A stretch of 64,000 nt of DNA from an uncultured Thermoleophilia bacterium. Lineage in GTDB: Bacteria; Actinomycetota; Thermoleophilia; UBA2241. Positions 11,512 through 21,718 of the stretch are shown here, piece after piece. The stretch covers positions 1 to 64,000 of the forward strand of contig CAVQSP010000003.1 of assembly GCA_963715985.1 (NCBI GenBank). The letters are read 5' to 3'. Position 1 is the stretch's first letter; each line of letters opens with the position of its first letter. Under the pieces are notes generated by a model. That model was not told where the DNA came from. It saw only the letters and a list, made by a program, of their open reading frames with translations, and did not search any database. The position numbers and the translations under genes are program-made.

Positions 11512-12198
11512 ATGCCGAGTGAGTCCGACCGGCCGGGTCTTCTCCTCTTCGACGAGCCGGCCGCGTCCCAGGCGGAACAGGCCTACAGGGAGCTGCTCGA
11601 GGAGATCGTCTCGCTGCGCTTCGCCCCCGGTGAGGTGCTCGCCGAAGACGCGCTGAGGGAGCGCCTCGCCCTGGGGCGCACACCCATCCGGGAGGCGTTG
11701 CAGCGCCTGGCCGTGCAGCGCCTCGTCACGATCATCCCGCGCCGGGGAGTGCTCGTCAGCGAGATCAACATCGGCGACCTCAGGGAGATCTTCGAGGTGA
11801 GGTCCCCACTCGAGGGCGTGGCCGCCGGGCTGGCGGCCCGGCAGTGCTCCGGTCGTGACCTGCCGGCCGGCGTCGCCGACGACCTCGCGGCCATCGCCGG
11901 CACGCAGGACTTCCTCGATCTGGTCGCCGTCGACCACCGTCTGCATCACACCATCCACCGGCTCGCGCGCAACAGCTACCTGCTGGCCACCCTGGACTGG
12001 TACCTGACGCTCTCCATCCGGCTGGTGATCGCCGCCGGTCGCCGGCTGCCCGCCCCGCCGGCGCAGGAGCTCGCCGAGACGATGCGCGACTTCGAGGCCC
12101 AGTTCGCCGCCATCGCCGCCGGCGATGCCGAGGCGGCCGCGGACCTCGCCCGCCGCCACGCCGGCTTCTCCGAGCAGCTGCTCCGCCGAGTGATGTGA
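11512..12198 (+). CDS. GntR-family regulator (FadR/FCD type)
   Basis: AYRELLEEIVSLRFAPGEVL, LGRTPIREALQRL wHTH and an FCD region DHRLHHTIHRLARN. Confidence 0.9.
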   Translation: MPSESDRPGLLLFDEPAASQAEQAYRELLEEIVSLRFAPGEVLAEDALRERLALGRTPIREALQRLAVQRLVTIIPRRGVLVSEINIGDLREIFEVRSPLEGVAAGLAARQCSGRDLPAGVADDLAAIAGTQDFLDLVAVDHRLHHTIHRLARNSYLLATLDWYLTLSIRLVIAAGRRLPAPPAQELAETMRDFEAQFAAIAAGDAEAAADLARRHAGFSEQLLRRVM

Positions 12199-12241
12199 GC
12201 ACGCCCCTCGACACCCGTCCCCCCACGCAAGGAGCCCGATC

Positions 12242-13655
12242 ATGACAGACAGCAGACTCGCCGCCTGGGACACGCGCTCCTGCGAGCGCGTCCACGAGGC
12301 CACGCTCGCCGTCCTTGCCGACCCCGGGGTGGACGTACAGCACGAGGGCGCGCGCGCCCTGCTGGCCGAAAGCGGGCGCGCAGGTGGACGGCGTGCGCGT
12401 GCGCTTCGACGCCGGCCTCGTCGAGCGCGCCCTCGCCGCGGCGCCGCGAAGCTTTTTGCTCACGTCTCGCGGCGGCCACGACGACCTGGTCGTCGAGGAC
12501 GGCCGCGTCTTCTTCGGCACCGGCGGCGACTGCCTCTACACCCACGACCTCGACAGCGGCGAGCGCCGCCGTGCTCAACTCGCCGACGTCGGCGCCTTCG
12601 CGGCCCTCGCCGAGCAGCTCCCCGACCTGGACTTCGTCATGTCCATGGCCCTGCCGCAGGACGTCCCCGAGACCGCGATCGACGTGACGGTGGTCGCCGC
12701 CATGCTGCGCGCCACGCGCAAGCCGCTGATGATCTGCGCCACGTGTGCCCCCGAGACGCTGGCCACCCTGCGGCGCATGGCGGAGCTGTGCGGCTCACCC
12801 GACTCGCTCAGCATCTACGCCATGCCGTCCCCACCGCTCAAGATCAGCGAGGGCGCGGCCGGCCGCATCATGGCGTGCGCCGAGCTCGGCCTGCCGCTGG
12901 TGTGGGCGTCCGGCCCGGGACCGGGGCTCTCGGCGCCCTGCTCGCGGGCCGGCATGGTGGTGGCCGGCAACGCCGACGTGCTCGCCGGCCTGGTGCTCCA
13001 CCAGGTGGCCCGCCCGGGCGCGCCGTTCGTGTTCGGCGGGCTGCACACGGGCCTCAACATGCAGACCGCCGCCATGACATACAGCGGCCCCGACGCCATG
13101 GCCGAGCAGCAGGCAAGCATGGAGCTCGGCCACCACTACGGCCTGCCCACGTTCGACCTTGGCGGCGTCAGCGACTCCAAGACCCTGGATGCCCAGTGGG
13201 CGGTGGAGACGGCCATGACGCTGGCGCTGGCGGCCCTGTCCGGCGGCACCCTGCTCCACGACGTGGGCTACGTGGAGTCGTCGTTCCAGGGCTCCTGGGA
13301 GTCCATCATCCTCGGGGACGAGCTCGCCCGGTACGTGCGTGCCTACCTCGCCGGCGTGTCGCTCGACGACCTCGACTTCGTCGTCGACGAGATCCGCGCC
13401 GCCGGCCCCGGCGGCACGCACCTCACCCGGCCGTACACGCGCAAGAACTACCGCTCCCTGTGGCAGCCCACCGTGATCGACCAGTGGATGCACGACCACT
13501 GGGAGGAGCACGGCGAGAAGACCCTGCTCGACCGCCTGCGCGAACGCGCCCACGAGCTGCGAGACCGTCCGCCGGCGTTCGCGCTCCCGGACGACGTGCA
13601 GGACGAGCTGGACGAGTACGTGCGTGCGGCCGGGGGGCCGGTCAGGCCGGCGTGA
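12242..13655 (+). CDS. MttB-superfamily corrinoid methyltransferase, non-pyrrolysine; frameshift near 12372
   Basis: VHEATLAVLADPGV, FGTGGD, DFVMSMALP, LGGVSDSKTLDAQW (Val at the Pyl site) and HDVGY; paralog of 26306..27694. Confidence 0.85.
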
Positions 13656-13673
13656 CTCCTCCGAGGGTGAGCG

Positions 13674-14369
13674 TCAGCGCGCGGAGGAGCTGTCGGCCGC
13701 CCGCTGCAGCTCCTCGGCCAGCGAGCGCTGCAGCATGCGGCTGAACACCCGGTACGGATTGGCGAGGTCCAGCTCGGGGTCGATGGCCGCCTGGATCGCG
13801 AGCCCGTCGATGACCGCGCTCAGCACCTGGGACAGGCCGAGGAGGTCGGGGTCCTGCAGAGCGCTGGGGCCGTCCTCGATGCCCAGCCACTCGAGCTTCA
13901 CGCTCCAGTACCAGCGGTAGAGCAGGGCGAGGCGGCGGCGCAGCACGTCGTCGCGCAGCACGTGCGGCAGCAGCTCGAAGAACACCTCGAAGTCGAGCGC
14001 CGCCGCGTCGAGACGCCTCATCTCCTCGACCAGCCACTCCAGACGCCGATCCGAAGGCACGTCCTTCATGCGGTCCAGCGAGACCAGGTACTCGTCGTGG
14101 ATCACGGAGTCGACGACGGCGGCGATCAGGCCCGCCTTGTTGTCGAAGTAGTAGGAGATCATCGCCTTGTTCTCGCCGGCGCGCTCGCTCACGGCGTTCA
14201 GCGTGAGGGCGTTGAAGCCCTCCTGGGCGACGATGTCCTTGGCCGCGACGAGCAGGTTGCGCGCCGTCTCGGGAAGTGACGAAAGCGGGTTCTCGAACGC
14301 GAACGGCGAGGCGCCGGAGGCCGGTCTGCCGCCGCTTTGACCGCCTTGACGTGCCGCGTCGTTCGCCAC
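13674..14369 (-). CDS. TetR/AcrR-family regulator
   Basis: AAKDIVAQEGFNALTLNAVSERAGENKAMISYYFDNKAGL HTH; GTG start with GGAG upstream. Confidence 0.85.
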   Translation of the reverse strand: MANDAARQGGQSGGRPASGASPFAFENPLSSLPETARNLLVAAKDIVAQEGFNALTLNAVSERAGENKAMISYYFDNKAGLIAAVVDSVIHDEYLVSLDRMKDVPSDRRLEWLVEEMRRLDAAALDFEVFFELLPHVLRDDVLRRRLALLYRWYWSVKLEWLGIEDGPSALQDPDLLGLSQVLSAVIDGLAIQAAIDPELDLANPYRVFSRMLQRSLAEELQRAADSSSAR

Positions 14370-14416
14370 GTTGCCCTCCGCTCCCGGCCGCGCCGCAGCA
14401 GACCGTCCGGGCACGG

Positions 14417-14472
14417 TTGACACCCCATCGCGCCCGATGTCCAATGGGACACTGATTGACCGGTCGATTAGT
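14417..14472 (+). promoter_or_regulatory. Promoter TTGACA-N17-TCCAAT plus imperfect palindrome ACTGATTGACCGGTCGATTAGT (putative TetR operator) upstream of aor
   Basis: -35 at 14417-14422, -10 at 14440-14445 and palindrome at 14451-14472; the same arrangement recurs at 27997-28053. Confidence 0.65.
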
Positions 14473-14526
14473 GACCGCGGCAGATTCTACCACAGGCCCT
14501 CGCGCGGAAGGCGACGGACGGCATCC

Positions 14527-16305
14527 ATGGACTTCTACACCGGCAACGTGCTCAGGCTCGACCTCACTGCGCTCACGGCGACCGTCGAGCCGCTCGACAT
14601 GGAGTGGGCGCGGCTCTACGTCGGCGGCAAGGGCCTGCTGCTGCGCTACCTCTACGACGAGCTGCCGGCCGGCACCGACGCCCTGGCCCCGGAGAACCCG
14701 CTGATCCTCGCGACGGGGCCGTTCGCCGGCACCGCCGTGGCGACGTGCTCGCGCCTGGCCGTGGGCTGCAAGAGCCCCGCCACCGGCACGCTGCTCGACT
14801 CGTATGTGGGTGGCTCCTTCGCGCCCGAGCTCAAGTTCGCGGGCTACGACGTGGTGGTGATCACCGGCGCGGCCGCGGAACCCGTACTCGTGCTCATCGA
14901 GGACGACCGCGTCGAGTTTCTCCCGGCCACAGGCCGCTTCTGGGGTCTGGAGACCTCGGCCCTCGAGCAGCTGGTACGCGAGCAGATGGGACCGTGGCAC
15001 AAGGTGCTCTCCACAGGCCCCGCCGGCGAGCGCCGGGTGCCGTACGCCTGCCTCTCCACCGACCAGTACCACAAGGCCGGCCGCGGGGGCGCCGGCGCCG
15101 TGATGGGCGCCAAGAACCTCAAGGCCGTGGTGGTGCGCGGCACGGGCAGCGTGAGCGTCGGCGACATGGCCGCCTTCTCCGCCGACGTGCTGCGCCTGCA
15201 GAACGAGCGCGTGCTCAGCGCCGACAACGCCTGGACCTACGAGGAGGGCACCCCGTTCCTGGTCGACGCCGTGGACGCGGCCGGCGCGCTGCCCACGCGC
15301 AACTGGAGCGCGGGGACGTTTGCCGGGGCCTCGACGATCAACTCCACCACCCTGCTCAAGGTCCGCACGAGACTGCGCGCCTGCACCCAGTGCCCGCTCG
15401 CCTGCCGGCAGGTGCACACCTTCGGCGAGCACACGTGTGAGGGGCCGGAGTTCGAGACCATCGGCCTCTGCGGCAGCAACTGCGGGATCGACGACATCGC
15501 GGCCGTGGCCGCGTTCAACCGGGCCTGCGACGAGCTCGGCCTGGACACCATGTCCGCGGGGTCCGTGGTCGCCCTGGCGATGGACCTCTGCGAGCGGGGC
15601 GCTGCCGACTACGGCCTCGCCTTCGGCGGCGTGGAGGACTACCTTGCAGCGCCGGGTCTCATCGCACGCCGCGAGGGCTGGGGCGCCGAGCTGGCGCTCG
15701 GCGCCCGCGACCTCGCCGCGCTCAAGGGCCGGCCGGACCTGGCCCCGGAGGTCAAGGGCCTCGAGATGCCGGCCTACGACCCGCGCGGCACCTTCGGCAT
15801 GGGGCTGGGCTACGCCACCTCCGACCGCGGCGCCTGCCACATGCGCGCCTTCTCGGCCGGCGACGACATCCTCGGCGGCTCGGGCCCGGCGCACTCGCTC
15901 GAAGGGCGGGCGCAGCTGGTCGCCGACCTCCAGGACTTCAGCGCCCTCGCCTGGACGGGCGTGTGGTGCGCCAACATGTACCTGGACACCGCCTTCATCG
16001 GCGCCCATCTGCGCCACCTGTGGCGGCGCGAGGCGAGTGAGGAGGAGATGCTGGCCACGGGCGCCCGCATCTGGAACCTCGGGCGCCTGCTCAACCTGCG
16101 TGAAGGACTGCGCCGTGAGCACGACCGCCTGCCGGCGCGCATCTTGCAGGAGCCTCATCGCGACGGGGTCTCGGCGGACCACGCCATCGGCGCCGAGGCG
16201 TTCGACGAGGCGCTCGACGAGTACTACCGGGTGCGCGGCTGGGACGCCGAGGGAGTCCCGCTGCCGCAGACGCTCGAGCGCCTGGCCGTCGACGTCGCGC
16301 CGTAG
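14527..16305 (+). CDS. aor: Aldehyde:ferredoxin oxidoreductase (W/Mo-pterin AOR family)
   Basis: LYVGGKG, KSPATG, ELKFAGYD, AGRGGAGAVMGAKNLKA, CTQCPLAC, GPEFET, GLDTMS, YDPRG, DRGACH and YYRVRGWD; TAG stop. Confidence 0.92.
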   Translation: MDFYTGNVLRLDLTALTATVEPLDMEWARLYVGGKGLLLRYLYDELPAGTDALAPENPLILATGPFAGTAVATCSRLAVGCKSPATGTLLDSYVGGSFAPELKFAGYDVVVITGAAAEPVLVLIEDDRVEFLPATGRFWGLETSALEQLVREQMGPWHKVLSTGPAGERRVPYACLSTDQYHKAGRGGAGAVMGAKNLKAVVVRGTGSVSVGDMAAFSADVLRLQNERVLSADNAWTYEEGTPFLVDAVDAAGALPTRNWSAGTFAGASTINSTTLLKVRTRLRACTQCPLACRQVHTFGEHTCEGPEFETIGLCGSNCGIDDIAAVAAFNRACDELGLDTMSAGSVVALAMDLCERGAADYGLAFGGVEDYLAAPGLIARREGWGAELALGARDLAALKGRPDLAPEVKGLEMPAYDPRGTFGMGLGYATSDRGACHMRAFSAGDDILGGSGPAHSLEGRAQLVADLQDFSALAWTGVWCANMYLDTAFIGAHLRHLWRREASEEEMLATGARIWNLGRLLNLREGLRREHDRLPARILQEPHRDGVSADHAIGAEAFDEALDEYYRVRGWDAEGVPLPQTLERLAVDVAP

Positions 16306-16512
16306 CCGGCGGGGGGATGACGCAGCCCGCCGCAGCAGAGGCGGCCGCGGCGAGGTCCTCCGCCGGGTGCTCGCCGCCGGCGTCAACGCCATCGACGTCA
16401 GCACCGCTGGGCTGGTACTCGGCGAGCATCACCGCAGACATGGACCGCGCCGCAGGGCGCGCGAGAGCGCCGGGGCGGGCCGGCGCAGGCGGACCCGCCG
16501 GTCCGGTCCGCC

Positions 16513-18243
16513 TCAGCCCGCGGCCAGCCGCACGTCTTTCACCGGCGAGCGGGCCGCGTCCGAGGCGGCGTCGTCGATCATCGTCATCGCGGCGCTCTCG
16601 GCGTCCAGCCGCGCCCGGTAGTGCGCGATCTCGCGCTCCACCGTGTCCGGGTCCCACGCCAGTGCCGACGCCATGAGGCGGGCGACGTGCTCGACGGCCA
16701 GACGTCCGCGGTCGGACGTCTCGAAGGCGATGTGGGTGCGGCGGGTGAGCACGTCGTCGACGTGCAGCGCCGCCTCGAAGAGCACTGCGTACCGCACCTC
16801 GGCGGCAAGGTACGTCTCTGCGCCCGACACCGGCTCCGCCAGGTCGGGCTCACTCACCACCAGGTCCAGGACCTTGAGCGCCAGCGTGCCGTAGCGCCTC
16901 ACCAGGTGCCGCACCTGGTGCGACGAGAGCCCGGCCGCCCCCGGATGGATACGCGCCCTGGACTCCGCGTACCGCGAACCCACGGCGCCGAGAAGCGGCA
17001 CCTCGGCCGTGCGGCTCGGCGCCACCGTGAAGGGCAGGTCGCGGGCGGCCACGTCCACGGCGTCGCGGGCCATGATCCGGTACGTCGTGTACTTGCCGCC
17101 GGCGACGCTGACGAGGCCCGGTGCGCTGCGGCGCACCACGTGCTCGCGCGAGATGTCCGCAGTGTCCCCCGACCCTTCGGCCACGAGCGGACGCAGCCCG
17201 ACGTAGACGGCGGTGATGTCGTCCTCGGTGAGCGGCTCGCGGAGGATGGCGTTGGCGTGGCCGAGCAGGTAGTCGACGTCGGCACGGGTGGCCGACGGGT
17301 GATCGAGGCCGAACTGCCAGTCCGTGTCCGTGGTCCCGATGATCCAGTGCTCGCCCCAGGGCAGCACGAACAGCACGCTCTTCTCCGTGTGGAGGATGAG
17401 CGCGCAGGACGAGTCGATGCGGGCCTTGGGGACGACGATGTGCACGCCCTTGGAAGGGCGCACGCTCAGCGGGTCCGCCACGCCGGCGAGGCGCTCCATC
17501 TCGGTGGTCCACACGCCGGTGGCGTTGATCACCACACGGGCGCGCACGTCGAGCTCGTCGCCGCGCTCGAGGTCGCGCAGGTGCGCTCCGGCGAGGCGCC
17601 CGTTGTCGTGACGGAACGAGACGACCTCCATCGCGGACACGCAGGCCGCGCCGTAGGAGAAGGCGGTGCCCGCCAGAGTGACGGCGAAGCGGGCATCGTC
17701 CACCTGTGCGTCGTAGTAGCGGATGCCGCCGGTGAGCGCGTCGTAGCGTAGCGACGGCACGGCCCGCAGGCAGGCGTCGTGTGAGAGGTGCCGGTGCCGG
17801 GGCATGGCGAGCCGCGCGCCGGCGAGGGCGTCGTACAGCATGAGGCCGGCGCCCATATAGGCGCGGTCCCGCAGGCCGTGCTGCAGCGGGAGCAGGAACG
17901 GCGTGGGGTGGACGAGATGGGGGGCGATCGTCTGCACGAGCAGCCGGCGCTCGTGGAGGGCTTCGCGCACCAGGCCGAGGTCGAAGTGCTCCAGGTAGCG
18001 CAGGCCGCCGTGGATGAGCTTGCTCGACCTGCTCGAGGTGCCGGCGGCGAAGTCGCGCTTCTCCACCAGCGCCACGGAGAGACCGCGGCTCGCCGCGTCG
18101 AGCGCCACCCCGCAGCCGGTGACTCCCCCGCCGATGACGAGCACGTCGAAGTACTCGGCGGCGAGCCGCTGGAGCTGACGTTTTCTCGTGTCTCGCGCCG
18201 CCGACCGGCGGCTCACCTTGTAACCGGGACCGATGACGGTCAT
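16513..18243 (-). CDS. glpD: FAD-dependent glycerol-3-phosphate dehydrogenase/oxidase
   Basis: VIGGGVTG, GTSSRSSKLIHGGLRYL, INATGVW, SKGVHIV, GTTDT, GLRPL and AGGKYTTYR; ATG 18243 with GGAGG RBS. Confidence 0.9.
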   Translation of the reverse strand: MTVIGPGYKVSRRSAARDTRKRQLQRLAAEYFDVLVIGGGVTGCGVALDAASRGLSVALVEKRDFAAGTSSRSSKLIHGGLRYLEHFDLGLVREALHERRLLVQTIAPHLVHPTPFLLPLQHGLRDRAYMGAGLMLYDALAGARLAMPRHRHLSHDACLRAVPSLRYDALTGGIRYYDAQVDDARFAVTLAGTAFSYGAACVSAMEVVSFRHDNGRLAGAHLRDLERGDELDVRARVVINATGVWTTEMERLAGVADPLSVRPSKGVHIVVPKARIDSSCALILHTEKSVLFVLPWGEHWIIGTTDTDWQFGLDHPSATRADVDYLLGHANAILREPLTEDDITAVYVGLRPLVAEGSGDTADISREHVVRRSAPGLVSVAGGKYTTYRIMARDAVDVAARDLPFTVAPSRTAEVPLLGAVGSRYAESRARIHPGAAGLSSHQVRHLVRRYGTLALKVLDLVVSEPDLAEPVSGAETYLAAEVRYAVLFEAALHVDDVLTRRTHIAFETSDRGRLAVEHVARLMASALAWDPDTVEREIAHYRARLDAESAAMTMIDDAASDAARSPVKDVRLAAG

Positions 18244-18265
18244 CCGGGCCCACCTCCCGCTCGCT

Positions 18266-18321
18266 TGGTATGTACCAGCTTGCTGGTATGTACCATGACC
18301 GCTGTGCGATACTGTTGTCAA
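18266..18321 (-). promoter_or_regulatory. Two tandem palindromes TGGTATGTACCA overlapping the candidate glpD promoter; HutC/GntR-type operator
   Basis: Identical 12-mers at 18266-18277 and 18284-18295; minus-strand TTGACA at 18321-18316 with a CATGGT -10 inside the second site. Confidence 0.65.
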
Positions 18322-18427
18322 GTTCCCGCGGCACGGCCGGAAGACTCGCGAACGGATCCGGCCCCCGCCTCGAGCGTCGTCATCGCGGCGCGCCTGCCAG
18401 GCGGCACGCCGCGTCACAGGAGAGCGC

Positions 18428-19786
18428 ATGAAGCACATCGCCGAAGCGGCACGGCAGATACCCGTCCTCTGGGAGACCGAGGTCCTGGTGGTGGGCGGCG
18501 GGCCCGGCGGCCTGGCGGCCGCCATCTCCGCCGCCCGCGCCGGCGCGCAGACGATGCTCGTGGACCGCTACGGGTGCTTCGGCGGCGTCATCACCCAGGT
18601 GGGCGTAGACAGCCTCGCCTGGTACCGCCACGAGGGCACCACCGACCTCGAGGGCATCGGCATCGAGTTCGAGCAGCGCGCCGCGGCCATGGGCGGCACC
18701 ATGCCCGAGTCCCAATCGCTGAGCGAGGCCCTGGATCCGGAGCTGTTCAAGGTGGTCGCCGACACGCTGATCGTGGAGGCGGGTGTGGAGCCGCTCCTGC
18801 ACTCGCTGGCCGTGGACGCCGTGGTGGACGGCGGCCTCGTGAAGGGTGTCGTCACCGAGGGCAAGTCCGGCCGCCACGCCATCCTCGCGGAGCGCGTGGT
18901 GGACGCCACCGGCGACGCCGACATCGCCTTCCGTGCCGGGGCGGCCTGCCGCCTCACGCCGGTCGAGGAGATGATGGGGGTCACCGTGATGTTCTCGTGT
19001 TCCGGCGTGGACAAGCAGCGCTTCATGGAGCACGTGGCCGCCACGGGACCCACCTATGGGGACTGGGGCGTGTGCTGGGAGGTCGAGACCACCGGCAAGG
19101 AGGACGAGCTGTTCAGCCCGTACCTGCAGGAGCCGTTCGAGAAGGCCCGGCGCGACGGTGTCATCCCCGACGAGGTCCGCAGTATCGGCGGCACCTGGGG
19201 CCGCGTCACCGACACCGGCGAGGCGACCTCGCTCAACATGGTCGTGATGCCCAGGTTCGACTGCACCGACGTGCGCGACCTCACGCGCGCCGAGATGGAG
19301 GGCCGCCGCCAGGCGCTCTACGCCATCGAGGCGCTGCGGCGCTACACGCCCGGCTTCGAGGACGCCCACCTGCGTACGTTCGGCATGACACTCGGCACGC
19401 GGGACTCGCGCAAGGTGGCCGGCCGCTACGAGCTCACCGGCGACGACGTGCGCAGCGAGGCACGCTTCGACGACGCCGTCGGCATCTTCCCCGAGTTCAT
19501 CGACGGCTACGGCATGCTGGTGCTGCCGACCACCGGCCGCTACTTCCAGGTGCCCTACGGCATCCTCGTGCCGAAGGACGTGGACAACCTGCTTGTCGCC
19601 GGCCGCTGCGTGGCCGGCGACAAGGTCTCACACGCCGCCACGCGCAACCAGATGTGCTGCGCCGTGACCGGCCAGGCGGCCGGCGCTGCCGCGGCAGTGT
19701 CGCTTCGCGACGGCCGCAGCACCGCGGACGTGGACGTGCGGCACGTGCAGGAGGAGCTGCGGCGCCAGGGCGTCAGGATCGCTTGA
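18428..19786 (+). CDS. FAD-dependent oxidoreductase (FAD_oxidored/PF12831-like), substrate unknown
   Basis: VVGGGPGGLAAAISAAR, VDATGDADIA, GTRDSRKV and YFQVPYGILVP..NLLVAGRC motifs. Confidence 0.85.
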   Translation: MKHIAEAARQIPVLWETEVLVVGGGPGGLAAAISAARAGAQTMLVDRYGCFGGVITQVGVDSLAWYRHEGTTDLEGIGIEFEQRAAAMGGTMPESQSLSEALDPELFKVVADTLIVEAGVEPLLHSLAVDAVVDGGLVKGVVTEGKSGRHAILAERVVDATGDADIAFRAGAACRLTPVEEMMGVTVMFSCSGVDKQRFMEHVAATGPTYGDWGVCWEVETTGKEDELFSPYLQEPFEKARRDGVIPDEVRSIGGTWGRVTDTGEATSLNMVVMPRFDCTDVRDLTRAEMEGRRQALYAIEALRRYTPGFEDAHLRTFGMTLGTRDSRKVAGRYELTGDDVRSEARFDDAVGIFPEFIDGYGMLVLPTTGRYFQVPYGILVPKDVDNLLVAGRCVAGDKVSHAATRNQMCCAVTGQAAGAAAAVSLRDGRSTADVDVRHVQEELRRQGVRIA

Positions 19787-20546
19787 CCACCGCGAGCGGC
19801 GCGCCGGCCACTTCCTCCACCGGCGCCGTCACCGAGAACTCGGTACGGTCGCCGCGATAGACGTCCCTGGCGAGCTCCACCACCTCATCGCGGTCGTCGA
19901 ACACCGTCCGCGTGAGGACGAGGGCCGGGCTGCCCGCCTTGACCTTGAGCGCCTCCGCCTCGGAGCGGTCGAGCGTCACGGCCACCACCCGCGCGTCGGC
20001 CTTCATCGGATGCACGTCGTAGCGGGCACTGAGCAGCGCCCACAGCGAGCCCGTGAGATCGTGCTCCAGCAGATCGGGGAACCGCGCGGCCGACACCTGG
20101 ATGTTCTCGATGGCCACCGGCTCGCCCGCGGCCGTCCGCAGGCGGCGCAGGAGGTGCACTCGTCCCCCGGCCGGGATGCCCAGCAGCTCCGCCGCCGCCG
20201 GGTCCGGGGCGAGCGTGGTGGCGGCGAGCACCTCCGTGCCCGGCGTCCTGTCGGCCGCGCTCATGTTGCGCGTGAAGCTGCCCACGCTGAAGCGCAGCCG
20301 GGGCTCGGACACGAAGGTACCGCGGCGCGGGCTGCGATACAGGTAGCCCTCGCGCTCCAGCGTCTCGAGGGCGTGGCGCGCGGTCATGCGGCTCACCCGG
20401 TGCTGCTCGCTGAGGGCGCGCTCCGAGGGCACCGGGCGGTGTGGGTCGAGATGTCCGGCCTCGATCTCGTCGCGCAGGAGCGCGGCGAGCCACAGGTAGA
20501 GCGGGCTCGAACGATCGGGCGACTGCACAGCGCGCGCCACCGGCAC
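19773..20546 (-). CDS. GntR-family regulator, HutC/UTRA type (start approximate)
   Basis: PLYLWLAALLRDEI, VPSERAL, VSRMTARHAL, RRGTFV and a UTRA domain ending DVYRGDR. Confidence 0.88.
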   Translation of the reverse strand: MPVARAVQSPDRSSPLYLWLAALLRDEIEAGHLDPHRPVPSERALSEQHRVSRMTARHALETLEREGYLYRSPRRGTFVSEPRLRFSVGSFTRNMSAADRTPGTEVLAATTLAPDPAAAELLGIPAGGRVHLLRRLRTAAGEPVAIENIQVSAARFPDLLEHDLTGSLWALLSARYDVHPMKADARVVAVTLDRSEAEALKVKAGSPALVLTRTVFDDRDEVVELARDVYRGDRTEFSVTAPVEEVAGAPLAVVKRS

Positions 20547-20754
20547 CACTCTCCTCGCCGGACCGGACCGTTCCGCGGCTGACGGGCGGGACGGCTCTTG
20601 CAGGTCGCCGGAAGCGTACCACACGCTCCCCAGGGACATACCACACCGCTCTCCGCGCAGCTGACGCGCTGCCGCCGGAGTGACGCCGTGCCCGTACTTG
20701 CCGCAGTTGCCCGCCCTGCAGATACCTGTCCTGACTGGCCATTCGCGTACTTGC

Positions 20755-20784
20755 TTGACTGACTCTTCCGCGACCCCGTATCGT
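20755..20784 (+). promoter_or_regulatory. Candidate sigma70-type promoter TTGACT-N18-TATCGT for corrinoid protein copy 2
   Basis: Hexamers at 20755-20760 and 20779-20784, about 80 nt upstream of ATG 20862. Confidence 0.4.
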
Positions 20785-20861
20785 TCTCGGTCAGCCAGAG
20801 CCGCGCCGCGCTCTATCTTTGGACGCACGGGCGAGATGCGTCGCTACAGGGAGGACCCCCC

Positions 20862-21513
20862 ATGTCCCAGCAGCTCTACGAGCAGATGAAGCAGAGCGTC
20901 ATCGACGGCGAGGTCGAGGACGCCGAACGCCTCGCCCAGGAGGGCCTCGACGCCGGCCTACCCGCCGGCGACATCCTCGACGCCGGTTTCGTGAAGGGCA
21001 TCGAGGAGGTCGGCGAGCTCTTCGGGCGCGGCGAGTTCTTCCTCCCCGAGCTCGTGCAGGGGGCGGAGGCGATGAAGGCCGCGGTGCGCGTCCTGCAGCC
21101 CGCCCTCGACGCCTCCGGCGGCGGCAGGCAGGCGCTCGGCGTGGCCGTCGCCGGGACCGTGGCCGGCGACATCCACGAGATCGGCAAGACGATCGTCTGC
21201 TCAATGCTCTCGCGCCGCGGGCTTCACCGTCACCGACGTGGGCTGCGACGTGCCCGTCGAGACCTTCATCGCGACCTGCAAGGAGACGAACGCCGACCTC
21301 CTCCTGCTCAGCGCCCTGCTGACCACGACGATGCCCAACCAGCAGAAGACGATCCAGGCGCTGAAAGAAGCCGGTCTGCGCGACAAGGTGAAGGTGATGA
21401 TCGGCGGCGCCCCCACGACGCGGGCCTGGGCCGACGAGATCGGCGCCGACGGCTACGCCGAGGACGCCATCGAGGCGGTCGTCGCGGCGAAGGCGCTGCT
21501 GGGGGTGGAGTAG
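20862..21513 (+). CDS. Corrinoid protein, copy 2 (near-identical to 8875..9526); +1 frameshift near 21210
   Basis: Same protein (MSQQLYEQMK..GDIHEIGK..AKALLGVE) with only a few nucleotide differences; TAG stop. Confidence 0.9.
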
Positions 21514-21550
21514 CACTTCACGGGGCAGCGGACCTGAAGGGACGTCCGAG

Positions 21551-21583
21551 GGGGCGGCGGCGCGGGAGCGCCGCCGCCCCTTT
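21551..21583 (+). terminator. Intrinsic terminator-like hairpin after corrinoid gene copy 2
   Basis: Perfect 13-bp stem GGGGCGGCGGCGC / GCGCCGCCGCCCC with a GGGA loop, followed by TTT. Confidence 0.7.
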
Positions 21584-21718
21584 CCCGTTGCTGCGGTGCG
21601 CGCCTTGGCTTTGGAGGAGCCGCCGCGTGGTAGTCTGCGGCGAGCTCACTGCGGGGGTACGTCGCCCCTCGGCTCGAGGGACGCTCGAGCTGCGACGACC
21701 GCGTCAGAGGTGCATGAA

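Noticed and set aside
11353-11512. Read-through fusion of mttB (TAG 11355) to the in-frame GntR
   Set aside because: A second in-frame TAG (11428-11430) and a promoter/operator lie in between.
13642-16404. Long antisense or alternate-frame ORFs (e.g. 13642..16404, 30750..32903, 54518..56482, and the upstream part of 47477..50362)
   Set aside because: Shadow ORFs expected at high GC; they overlap well-supported genes and lack recognisable motifs.
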